Origin: Candidatus Saccharibacteria bacterium UBA6824
Lineage (GTDB): Bacteria > Patescibacteriota > Saccharimonadia > Saccharimonadales > UBA10212
Direction of reading: 5' to 3'
Assembly (NCBI GenBank): GCA_002452155.1
Contig: DKEK01000005.1
Coordinates: 70,675 to 134,674 of the forward strand
DNA: 64,000 nucleotides
Shown: positions 23,928-32,624 of the stretch, piece by piece
Layout of the letters: each line of letters opens with the position of its first letter
Numbering within the stretch: position 1 is the first letter of the stretch
Translations under genes and position numbers: made by a program
The notes under the pieces: generated by a model
Seen by the model: only the letters and a program-made list of their open reading frames with translations
What the model was told of the DNA's origin: nothing
Database searches by the model: none

Positions 23928-25358
23928 TTAGGTGGGGGGAAGGATAGACTGTGCGTAAAGCTGCAATTCTTTCAGCAAGTATTTTTGCTGTTTGTTCAGC
24001 TGGGATTGTTTGCCCAACTCTTCGAGGCGATTGAAGTATTTGGCGGCTCGGCTGGCCTGTCCACCACTTAGCAGACGCTTGGTTTTGAACTTCTCCCACG
24101 CAGCCTGCTCCTCACTCGACAAAGTTTGCGGGAAGTTACGGGCCTTATATAGAGGCAGCAGTGCTTGGAGCCGGTCATCGGTAAAATCCAATTTTAGCTG
24201 GCCAAGTTCGGCTAGGTCGGCCGCCCGGACGACGCCCATTTTGACCCGGTCGGCATCTTTAACAAAATTGTCATAAAGCTGCTCGTCAACGTTTTGTTCG
24301 TCAATAACCATTTCCGGCTGCTTCGGCGGATAGACAGTTTGCAGAGCATAGTTTAGTTTATCGCCAAAATCCTTGGCGCCACGCAGCTTCTTGAGGTGCT
24401 CATCAATCTGAACTTTATCGAGCTGGAGCCTTTTGGCACTTTGCTTATCGAGAACCGACAGCGGTGCGATAGCCGGAGACTTGTTATAGGACAGCGCTTT
24501 AACCGGAAAGTACGGTGTGCCCTCGCCGCGCGCCGACCACCGCTGGGCCAGCTCGGCCACTGAGAGTTTTGTAAATTCATCAGGATCGATACGCAGGTCA
24601 TACATTAACGCTCCTGGCCGATCGGTACGGTGGGCAATTATTACGGCGACGGTGGTTTTTTCGAATTCGCTTGGGTAACGGCCACTGGAGTAAATCACCG
24701 GGTCGCGTTTGCCTACCAGCGCCTCGACTTTGGTTTTATCGCGCAGGTTCAGCAGATAGTCAAACAGTTTTGGTTGTTTGTTCCTTATCAGCCGGGCGAT
24801 GGCCATTGAGGCCCTGACATCGCTAAGTGCGTCATGGGCGCTATCGTGGTCAAGTTTATTGACTGCGCTTAGAAATTCCAGCCGGTTGCTGGCTTGGCCA
24901 TCGGGCGCGAACGGCCACTTGATACCCCCCGGCCTGAGTGCCCGTGTCATGCGCACCGCGTCCAGCAGGTCCCAGCGGCTGCGGCCATCTTTCCACTGCC
25001 ATTCATATGCATCGTAAAAATTGCGCCACAGCAAATGCCGGATGAATTCGTCGTCAAAACGGATATTATTGAAGCCAATGATTATAGTGTCGGGGGTGGC
25101 AATTTTATTGATCAAAAATCGGGCGAAGTCGGCTTCGCTTATACCATCGGCCCTGGTTTTTTGCGGCGTAATGCCGTGGATCAAAATGGCATCAGGCTCC
25201 GGTAAAATGTCATCGCTTAATTTAATTAAGATATTATCCGGCTCCCCGATTGGTTTGAGGTTCATATCAGTCCGCTGGCCGCCGAACTGCATAATGCGGG
25301 CCTGACGTGACCTAACGCCACTGGTTTCTAGATCATAAAAATAAAAACTAAGAGCCAT
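23928..25358 (-). CDS. sbcB: exodeoxyribonuclease I
   Basis: A DEDDh exonuclease N-terminus (FYFYDLETSG, ...HDALSDV) followed by an ExoI SH3-like and C-terminal domain. Length 476 aa. Confidence 0.85.
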   Translation of the reverse strand: MALSFYFYDLETSGVRSRQARIMQFGGQRTDMNLKPIGEPDNILIKLSDDILPEPDAILIHGITPQKTRADGISEADFARFLINKIATPDTIIIGFNNIRFDDEFIRHLLWRNFYDAYEWQWKDGRSRWDLLDAVRMTRALRPGGIKWPFAPDGQASNRLEFLSAVNKLDHDSAHDALSDVRASMAIARLIRNKQPKLFDYLLNLRDKTKVEALVGKRDPVIYSSGRYPSEFEKTTVAVIIAHRTDRPGALMYDLRIDPDEFTKLSVAELAQRWSARGEGTPYFPVKALSYNKSPAIAPLSVLDKQSAKRLQLDKVQIDEHLKKLRGAKDFGDKLNYALQTVYPPKQPEMVIDEQNVDEQLYDNFVKDADRVKMGVVRAADLAELGQLKLDFTDDRLQALLPLYKARNFPQTLSSEEQAAWEKFKTKRLLSGGQASRAAKYFNRLEELGKQSQLNKQQKYLLKELQLYAQSILPPT

Positions 25359-25361
25359 AGT

Positions 25362-26645
25362 TTAATACTCAATGTGGCTGATTTCGGGGCGGCCGATTTG
25401 GATTTTTTGGCCGGGTTCGACGCCTTGGCGTTCTAGCTCGGCCATGATGCCCATTTTGCCCATGATATCGCGCAGGCGTTGTTCACCATAGTAATCATCA
25501 AAGTCGGTACGGCTAGCAAAGCGTTCGATTTTTTTACCAGTTAATACGAATTTGTTTGCGTCTTGGGATAGCTGCCAGGAGTCATCATCCTCGCGCAGGC
25601 CGATTACCGGCAGCTCATCTGCGGGCATATCTTTGGCGGTGCGTTTTTTAACCTTTTCCATGTTTTTTTGGACCAGCCGCAGCAGTTCCTTCACGCCCTC
25701 GCCGCTAGGGCTGGAAATAGCCAGTACCGGGGTGCCCCGCGGGACTATTTTTTTAAGAGCTTTTACGTACTTTTCAATCTGTTTTTTTGGGATTCCCTCG
25801 ATTTTAGTCAAAGCTACGATTTGTGGCCGGCGGCTTAAGTCGATTTTGTAATCTTTTAGTTCTTTCATAATAGTTTTGTAAGCCGCTTCAATATCTTCGT
25901 TATAAGCGTCAATTAAGTGCACTAGCAGGCTGGTGCGCTCGACGTGGCGCAGAAATTCGTCACCCAAACCTTTGCCGGCGCTGGCGCCCTCGATGAGGCC
26001 CGGGATGTCGGCAAACAAAAGACTGGTATACTTGTCGACATCAACCACCCCTAAATTGGGGGTAAGTGTGGTAAACGGGTAATTGGCGATTTCCGGTTTG
26101 GCGTTACTAATAACCGAAAGCAGAGTTGATTTGCCGGCATTGGGCAGACCGACTATACCGACATCGGCAATCATTTTTAGTTCTAAAACCCCATCTATTT
26201 GCTGGCCCTTTTCGCCTTTTTCGGCCACCCGCGGAGCTTGGCGGGTAGAGCTTTTGAAGTGGGCATTGCCAAATCCGCCCTTGCCGCCTTTGGCAATCAC
26301 GACTCTTTGGCCGTCGCGGGTTAGGTCAGCCAGAATTTGTTCGTCCACCACTACGCTTGTCCCCACCGGTACCGGCACTTCCAGGGCCGGAGCGCTTTTG
26401 CCGTGGCGCTTACGCTCGGTGCCGGGCTTGCCGTCATTTGCCTTAACCAGTTTTTGATAGCGGAAAGCCGCCAGGGTATTTTGGTTACGGCTGGCCACCA
26501 AAATAATATCGCCGCCGCTGCCGCCATTGCCACCGTCGGGGCCACCTTTATCGACAAATTTTTCACGCCGGAAACTGACGATACCGTTGCCGCCATCGCC
26601 GGCTTTTAACGTCACCTGCACTCTATCCACAAAACTCATACACAA
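25362..26645 (-). CDS. obg: GTPase Obg/CgtA
   Basis: Obg fold (FVDRVQVTLKAGDGGNGIVSFRREKF), G domain (GLPNAGKST, DIPGLIEGA, NKID-like TKIE) and a C-terminal OCT-like domain. The start may be ATG 26639. Confidence 0.95.
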   Translation of the reverse strand: MCMSFVDRVQVTLKAGDGGNGIVSFRREKFVDKGGPDGGNGGSGGDIILVASRNQNTLAAFRYQKLVKANDGKPGTERKRHGKSAPALEVPVPVGTSVVVDEQILADLTRDGQRVVIAKGGKGGFGNAHFKSSTRQAPRVAEKGEKGQQIDGVLELKMIADVGIVGLPNAGKSTLLSVISNAKPEIANYPFTTLTPNLGVVDVDKYTSLLFADIPGLIEGASAGKGLGDEFLRHVERTSLLVHLIDAYNEDIEAAYKTIMKELKDYKIDLSRRPQIVALTKIEGIPKKQIEKYVKALKKIVPRGTPVLAISSPSGEGVKELLRLVQKNMEKVKKRTAKDMPADELPVIGLREDDDSWQLSQDANKFVLTGKKIERFASRTDFDDYYGEQRLRDIMGKMGIMAELERQGVEPGQKIQIGRPEISHIEY

Positions 26646-26767
26646 AGTATATAGCTTTTAAGGGGAAAGGTAGTAGACGCGGTTCGCGCATTGCGCGAAT
26701 TTGGATTCATTCCAAAAGCGTGGTTGAAGGAAAACCGTAGGTTGTCCTTCAAAAGGCGGAGCCGCTG

Positions 26768-27904
26768 CTACTGGTAGATGAAGTGGTTGTAATGGGAATT
26801 AGCTGGCACCCAATCGCTGAAGCCCACCCGCCCCCAGCCGGCCAGGCCGTTCATGTCCGAATATTTAATCATTGTGCCATCGGCAGAGACCGCCTCGACA
26901 ATCCCTACGTGCCCCAGATAACCGCCGTCGGATTGGGCGATAGCGCCTACCCGGGGCGAAGTACTAACCGTCCAGCCGGAAGCCGCCGCATAGTTGTCCC
27001 AGGTATTGGCGTTGCCCCAGTTGTTGGGCACGGCAAGCTTTGAAGCCACATAGTAGGTACAGTAGCCGTAGTCGTAGCCGTTGCCGCCATAACTAGCTAC
27101 AAAGACACCGTAAGTTAGCGGCGCGTTCTTTTGTCCGTTAGGAATAATAATCTGCTCGCCTGGCGTTAGACCGTTAAGTTCGGCGTCGTTATAGGTCACG
27201 ATTTGGCTTTCGTCGGCCTGGTATTTAGCCGCCAAGCTGGCCGGTGTGTCACCGGCTTTTACCGTATAAACTACCCCGTTGACTGGTGGTATAACCAGCT
27301 TGGTGCCGGCGGCAATGCCGTTGCCAGCCAGGTTGTTAGACCAGCGCACGCTATCGGCCGACACGCCGTACTTGTCGGCGATACTCTGGATAGTATCACC
27401 AGCCAAGGCAACATATTTAATGATGCCTTGTTTGGATTTTTGGGTAGTGGGTACGATCTGGGGTTTGGCTAAAATGGTAGTGTCGCTGGGCGTTTGGGCC
27501 AGCAAAATGCTATCACTGTCGGCTTGGCTGCGGACGGCTTTTATTTCTGGCAGTTGGGCCATTTGGGCAGCGGTTAGGGCAATTTGGGCAGCCGATAACT
27601 GGTCTAGCGGATTTTGCTGGGAGCTAGATATAGAAATAGCGCTATTAACAGTGCCCGAGCGGATAGTTTGGCTGACCGAGTGGTTGGTCAGTATAAATAT
27701 GCCGATGCCCAGCAGCAGCAGCAGGTTGCCCACCACTAGCCCCCAGCGGGTTAAGCGGCGCTTGGATTTCTTATTCAGGTTTTTGTACTTATAATTCTCG
27801 GGTAATGACGGCAAAGAGTCCACCGACGGGACCTTATTTACAATGTCATTTACGGAAACTGATGGCCGGCGAATTTTTGAAATAGGAATTTTAAAAACCT
27901 CCAA
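26768..27904 (-). CDS. LysM-repeat / CHAP-domain peptidoglycan hydrolase
   Basis: N-terminal TM, two LysM repeats (YVALAGDTIQSIADKYGVS; YTVKAGDTPASLAAKY) and a C-terminal CHAP domain (CTYYV...GHVGIVEAV). Confidence 0.85.
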   Translation of the reverse strand: MEVFKIPISKIRRPSVSVNDIVNKVPSVDSLPSLPENYKYKNLNKKSKRRLTRWGLVVGNLLLLLGIGIFILTNHSVSQTIRSGTVNSAISISSSQQNPLDQLSAAQIALTAAQMAQLPEIKAVRSQADSDSILLAQTPSDTTILAKPQIVPTTQKSKQGIIKYVALAGDTIQSIADKYGVSADSVRWSNNLAGNGIAAGTKLVIPPVNGVVYTVKAGDTPASLAAKYQADESQIVTYNDAELNGLTPGEQIIIPNGQKNAPLTYGVFVASYGGNGYDYGYCTYYVASKLAVPNNWGNANTWDNYAAASGWTVSTSPRVGAIAQSDGGYLGHVGIVEAVSADGTMIKYSDMNGLAGWGRVGFSDWVPANSHYNHFIYQ

Positions 27905-28006
27905 AATAAACGAAAGATGTAAGGACCTTCCGCATAGGTATTATTATACCAAGAGTTGATCCAAAGGGTTCTGTTTCACCCCTGTTGGGCGTGCATTGAC
28001 AATAGG

Positions 28007-29080
28007 CTACTGGGGGCACTTTTTGACGCAATATTTACGAATATTATCCTCGTGTTCGGCTTGGGTGTGGGCAAAGTGCATCTTGCCGTCATCACCGGCT
28101 ACAAAATATAGATAGTCAGTGGTGGCAGGGTGAGCCACAGCGTTAAGTGCGTCTTTGGTCATATTGCTAATCGGCCCAGGTGGGAGGCCTGGATATAAGT
28201 GAGTGTTATATGGCGAATCAATAGCCAGGTTTGGCGGTTTCACGCCGGCGATAGCCGAAGCGTAAAAAGCCGTAACGTCAGAACCAAGCGCCATGTTGCC
28301 CGCTAGGCGTGACAAAAAGACTTGGGCAGCTGTTGGCTGGTAGGTCGGATCATCGGTCTCTTGGGCAACGATAGAAGCCAGCGTAATCCCTTGGTAGACG
28401 TTCAACGAGTGGGTCCCGAAACCATTGATTACATCTTGTGTTAGGTATTTTTGCATTTCGTCAAGCGATTCGCGGACGATGTCGATAGCCGGGGTATCGG
28501 CCTGCTTTTCAAAAGAGTCGGGATATAAGTAGCCTTCTAGCGAAGCGCCGGCAGGCAGGCTGGCCAGCACTGGATGGCCACGGTAGCTGGCCGGGTCAAA
28601 GGCCTGATCAATTTGACCGGCGCTGTAACCGGCGGCCGCAAAAGCTTGTTTAACTTCGTCGAGGCGCTTTTGCGGCAGAATAGTCAGCAGATTTTTAGCC
28701 ACGTCGCCGCCCACCATTTTTTTGACGATCTGTTCGACCCCCATAGAAGGACCCAGCGAATAAGTGCCGGCTTGCAACTTGTCGTGGAGTTCGTTGCTGC
28801 GGACATAGGTTTCAAAAACCCGGGCATTTCTGACCAGCCCGGCGCTTTTAAGTTTAATGGCGATTTGATGCAAGCTGGCCCCAGGTGTAACTGTAAAATA
28901 CTTACTGGTAGTCAAAGATGATACCGGTCTTAGGTTATGTACGTACCAAGTGCGAAGCGAAATAACACCGCCGCCCAACACTAAAATGATAACTGCCAAG
29001 GCAATGAGCAGCCGTTTGGATGGTCGAGGAGGCACCGGTTTATTCAGCCGCATCATAAAACTATACCAAAACCCGGTCAA
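28007..29080 (-). CDS. mltG: endolytic murein transglycosylase MltG (YceG-like)
   Basis: N-terminal TM followed by a YceG domain (ASLEGYLYPDSF, LASIVQETDD, SPYNTHLYPGLPPGPI). Confidence 0.9.
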   Translation of the reverse strand: MTGFWYSFMMRLNKPVPPRPSKRLLIALAVIILVLGGGVISLRTWYVHNLRPVSSLTTSKYFTVTPGASLHQIAIKLKSAGLVRNARVFETYVRSNELHDKLQAGTYSLGPSMGVEQIVKKMVGGDVAKNLLTILPQKRLDEVKQAFAAAGYSAGQIDQAFDPASYRGHPVLASLPAGASLEGYLYPDSFEKQADTPAIDIVRESLDEMQKYLTQDVINGFGTHSLNVYQGITLASIVAQETDDPTYQPTAAQVFLSRLAGNMALGSDVTAFYASAIAGVKPPNLAIDSPYNTHLYPGLPPGPISNMTKDALNAVAHPATTDYLYFVAGDDGKMHFAHTQAEHEDNIRKYCVKKCPQ

Positions 29081-29486
29081 TTTTATCGGTTTTTAAGAAG
29101 TCTTCCAGGATAATGGCTGCAGCCTGGGCATCCACATCTGCCACTTTAGCACCCCGGTTTTGTTTCTCTACTTCATGACTGGTCAGGGCTTCGTCCTGCC
29201 AGTAAAAAGGCACGCCCAGCTGCGTTTTTGCTATAGCCACCCAATCTCTTACCCAGCGGGTCTGCTGGGTATCGTCGCCAGATAAGTTTCGAGGCAGGCC
29301 GGCTACGATCATCTTAACCTGGTTTTGTTTAATAATTTCCTTCAACTGTTCAATTGCTTCATCAGTTTTAACGGTATTAAGTGGCTGGGCCAAGCGGGCT
29401 TTTAGCGATGCCCGGGCAATTCCCACCCGTTTGCTACCTATATCAAGGGCTAGTATTTCCACTACTAACCTGCTGTTGAACGACAT
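29061..29486 (-). CDS. ruvX: Holliday-junction-resolvase-like nuclease RuvX/YqgF
   Basis: ILALDIGSKRVGIARAS...GLPRNLSGDDTQQT...LTSHEV are YqgF motifs. The track ORF extends to 29636 and overlaps the upstream gene, so the start is placed at ATG 29486; this is uncertain. Confidence 0.8.
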   Translation of the reverse strand: MSFNSRLVVEILALDIGSKRVGIARASLKARLAQPLNTVKTDEAIEQLKEIIKQNQVKMIVAGLPRNLSGDDTQQTRWVRDWVAIAKTQLGVPFYWQDEALTSHEVEKQNRGAKVADVDAQAAAIILEDFLKTDKIDRVLV

Positions 29487-31263
29487 GTATTTTGCCGGCA
29501 TTTTTAGGAGTTTTACTGACCCAAAACGGGCTGAGTTTGACATCGACTTCTTTGACACCCGGCAGATTGCCGAGCGCTGAGCGGATATCACCGGTTTTTT
29601 GGCCGGCGGCGGTTTTTTTGACAGCGGCGACATCAATGATCGGCACCGCGGTGGTGTCTTCCCTTAGCGCTAATGTGACTTTGGTCGGCGCCTCTTGAGA
29701 CGTGACACTGACCGTCAAGCCCTTAAGCACATCGTCGCTGCTGAGTTTTTGTTTTTTAGTGTCAATCTGCTTAGACATCTGGTCGGCAACCGCTTTTCTG
29801 AGGTCGTCATTTTTGAGCGTTAGTAGGGTATAGGTAATTTTAACGGTCACATTGGCATTGGTGGCCGGCTGACCGACCGGCACTGATGAAGTTAGCGCCG
29901 GGTCGCTCAGTTTAAGGGTTGAGGTAATGAGGTATAGTCCCTGGTCGCTAAGTTGTTTTTGCCAGTCTTTAGTGAATTTGTCGGTGTCGGCACTGGTAAT
30001 TTTTTGTTTAGCGCCATCGACGTCTGACTGGCTAAGGACAGTAGCTGTATTATCAGTACCGCCGCTGGCGCTGCCGCTGGCGGCCACATCTGGGCGGCCG
30101 GACACACTGAAGCTGGTTGAACCAACATTATATTTACTGCCACCAGTTTGGGCCTTGATGGCTGTCGGGCTGTTAGCAGAATAATTCACACAGCTACCAG
30201 CGGCGCCACTTATACTAAAGCTCGTCTTGGCTTGGGTTATATAAGTTAGACTGTTATGGCTAAGACCGGTGCCTGCCGGTACGTCATCTGGGGTGCTAAA
30301 GGGCGCCGAGCAGTCTTGAGCTGACATTGTTACCGAACCGCTGGCTTTATCGCCGTTATTCTGCTGGCCGGTGGCATTAACGGCAGTCGTGGCCGTTTGG
30401 TCCTTGGTTTGCAGGGCGGCCGGAATGATGCCTTTGGCCTCGTCAAGAGTTTTGGCGCCGCCGTCAGCTGTTAAATTAAAGCTGGCTGAAACCGGCAGAC
30501 TGATAGTTTTGAGGGTTATGGTGGCCTTGGGCAGCACAAATAGTGCCAAGATCAAAAAGACAATAAAGAGTACTAAACCGGCGATGCCCATGCCCAGGCT
30601 CAGGCGGAATTTGTCAAAGTTTGGTACTTTCAATCCCTTGTCTTTGAAGGCTTTAGCCTTGGCTTTGGCAGATGCCGTTACCCCCCCAACTTCCGCGGAG
30701 CCAGTCTCTACATCGTCCAAGGGGATGGTTTCGGGTTCTTCCACTTCAGCGGCCGCGGCCAGCTCGCCGATTGAATGGTTATAATCTATTTTGGCGTTAC
30801 CTTCGTCAATCTCTGCTTCTGGCTCCTCGGCTATTGCTTCGGCCGACGAAAGGGGTTTCCCCGGCCCTTCGTGGATGGGTACGGGTGAGGGTGGAATGTG
30901 CGGCTTGCTAGTCAAATTTTTAGCTATGTGCAGTCCGGCGGCACCGGCTAACGGTGACAGTGCCGAATCGCTGGTTATTAAAACGGCGCTTCTTCCGGCG
31001 CTGTCGGCAGCCCTCTTTAGCAGGCGCATATTGACAATGCTCTGCATGACGGTTGCCCGCTTAGGTAGTACCAGTGCCACCATCTTCTCTTTAGCGTTTT
31101 CAACTTTGTCGATTATCGATGTGATCTCATCGTCAAGGTCAATGTAAACTACGTCTTTGCCCGGTTTGGCCAGATTTTTATCGGCGCTCATCCCGTTAGA
31201 AGTCCGATTCGCGTCTGGCAAATCGGCAGTATTCCCCGAATTCTTACTTTTAACGGGACTCAT
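29443..31263 (-). CDS. bitopic membrane protein (cytoplasmic N-domain, one TM, large T/S/A-rich external domain), unknown function
   Basis: 606 aa. The start overlaps the ftsA-like stop by 4 nt. TM helix is MGIAGLVLFIVFLILALFVLP. Confidence 0.55.
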   Translation of the reverse strand: MSPVKSKNSGNTADLPDANRTSNGMSADKNLAKPGKDVVYIDLDDEITSIIDKVENAKEKMVALVLPKRATVMQSIVNMRLLKRAADSAGRSAVLITSDSALSPLAGAAGLHIAKNLTSKPHIPPSPVPIHEGPGKPLSSAEAIAEEPEAEIDEGNAKIDYNHSIGELAAAAEVEEPETIPLDDVETGSAEVGGVTASAKAKAKAFKDKGLKVPNFDKFRLSLGMGIAGLVLFIVFLILALFVLPKATITLKTISLPVSASFNLTADGGAKTLDEAKGIIPAALQTKDQTATTAVNATGQQNNGDKASGSVTMSAQDCSAPFSTPDDVPAGTGLSHNSLTYITQAKTSFSISGAAGSCVNYSANSPTAIKAQTGGSKYNVGSTSFSVSGRPDVAASGSASGGTDNTATVLSQSDVDGAKQKITSADTDKFTKDWQKQLSDQGLYLITSTLKLSDPALTSSVPVGQPATNANVTVKITYTLLTLKNDDLRKAVADQMSKQIDTKKQKLSSDDVLKGLTVSVTSQEAPTKVTLALREDTTAVPIIDVAAVKKTAAGQKTGDIRSALGNLPGVKEVDVKLSPFWVSKTPKNAGKIHVVQQQVSSGNTSP

Positions 31264-32585
31264 GTCCGTAGCACCTTATTAAGTTTAGCCTTTACGCTGG
31301 TGCGCTCGGGCGCGGCACCGGAATTTACCGTATCCATACCAACCCGGAGCAAGCCCATGGCGGTAATGTAAGTGTGGTCGTTAACGTCGCCCGTGGCATC
31401 AGTGATACCTATCACTTCTTCCGGCTGGATGTGCTGGACAATCGGCTTTTTGGTGAAGGGCAGATTTTTATGCCATTTGCCGTCTTCCAGCTGTTTCATT
31501 AACATTTCAAGTGATGAGCCGCCGCCGCATAGCAGCAGACGGTGTGGCAAATGGTCGAGCTTGCTAAATTCGGCCAGTGCCAGTTCAACGCCGCTAATCC
31601 AGACATTCAGGGTTTTTTCCAGAGCTTTTTCTATCTCCGGCCGCTGCTTGGCGGCTACCAACTGGCCGCCCAGGCCAACTTTTAGGGCTTCGGCCTTGGT
31701 AAAATCAATGTCCAGTTCGCGTTCGATGGCGTGGGTAAAGGCCCGGCCGCCAATGCCAAACATTTTAGTACCCTCAACGCCGCCCTCGTTGACCACGGCA
31801 ATATCGGTTGTACCACCGCCGACGTCCATCAATATGGCGCTCAGGCTGGTGTTGGGGTCGTCGCCAACTACCGAGCGGGCAACCGCAAAAGGTTCGGCGG
31901 CCACGGCCAGCAACTCTAGGTCGAGTTCGGTGGCCGTACGCTCCAGCGCCCCGATATGAATCATCGGCGCAAAAGCCGTGTACATTTCTACTAATATGTC
32001 CTTGCCCTGGAAGCCAACGGGGTTGGTGACTTTATAGCCGTCGATATCAATCCGCACCAAGGCACTATTGACTAAGCGCACCTGAACGTCCTTACCGCCT
32101 AGTTCCCACGCCAGCTGTTGACGGGCTTTTTGCTCGGCGCGCTCCTGCACCAGCTCGATAATCCGTTCCATCTCATCAATGTCCAGTTCTTTGGCTTGGT
32201 TATTGCGGGTAAATCTGACCGTACTGGTCGTGCCTTTCACCAGTTCGCCAGCAATGCCAATAACAGCGGTCCGGGCGGAAACTCCGGCTTGGGATTCAGC
32301 CGCTGCTAAGGCCTGGTCGCAGTTAGCCACCACAGCCGCGATGTCGGCAATCGCCCCAGCCTGCATATCAGCCAGTTCTTGGTGAGAGCGGCCAACACCT
32401 ATAATCTCGACTTCATTGCCGACCACCCTGCCGACTAGGGCTTTGATAAATTCGGTGCCAATATCCAGCGCTACCAGGTAGTTTTCTACCGGCTTGCCCT
32501 GCCTGCCGGCAGGCAGGCGCGCCTTCAGCTGTGAGACTTTTGGCACTTTTGCCCTGATATTTTTAACCCTGTCGGCAATAGCCAT
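31260..32585 (-). CDS. actin-like ATPase of the FtsA/PilM family (probable FtsA)
   Basis: LVALDIGTEFIKALVG..., IGIAGELV, LMDVGGGTTDIAVV and LLLCGGGS are ASKHA phosphate and adenosine motifs in FtsA-like order. No ftsZ is adjacent. Confidence 0.7.
   Translation of the reverse strand: MAIADRVKNIRAKVPKVSQLKARLPAGRQGKPVENYLVALDIGTEFIKALVGRVVGNEVEIIGVGRSHQELADMQAGAIADIAAVVANCDQALAAAESQAGVSARTAVIGIAGELVKGTTSTVRFTRNNQAKELDIDEMERIIELVQERAEQKARQQLAWELGGKDVQVRLVNSALVRIDIDGYKVTNPVGFQGKDILVEMYTAFAPMIHIGALERTATELDLELLAVAAEPFAVARSVVGDDPNTSLSAILMDVGGGTTDIAVVNEGGVEGTKMFGIGGRAFTHAIERELDIDFTKAEALKVGLGGQLVAAKQRPEIEKALEKTLNVWISGVELALAEFSKLDHLPHRLLLCGGGSSLEMLMKQLEDGKWHKNLPFTKKPIVQHIQPEEVIGITDATGDVNDHTYITAMGLLRVGMDTVNSGAAPERTSVKAKLNKVLRT
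32498..32517. repeat. 20-nt perfect palindrome CCTGCCTGCCGGCAGGCAGG inside the ftsA-like gene
   Basis: Exact palindrome, translated on the minus strand as LPAGRQ within the N-terminal tail ...KARLPAGRQGKPVENY. Confidence 0.9.
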
Positions 32586-32624
32586 AATCAGGTTGATTAT
32601 AGCACAGGAGGCCCCTGTAACTCC

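Noticed and set aside
28545-28562. GCCGGCAGGCAGGC inside mltG, encoding SLPAGAS, as a fifth palindrome-family copy
   Set aside because: Only the right half-site is present and the left arm is missing. The residues precede the conserved MltG ASLEGYLYP block, so this may be native sequence. It is not counted in the family.
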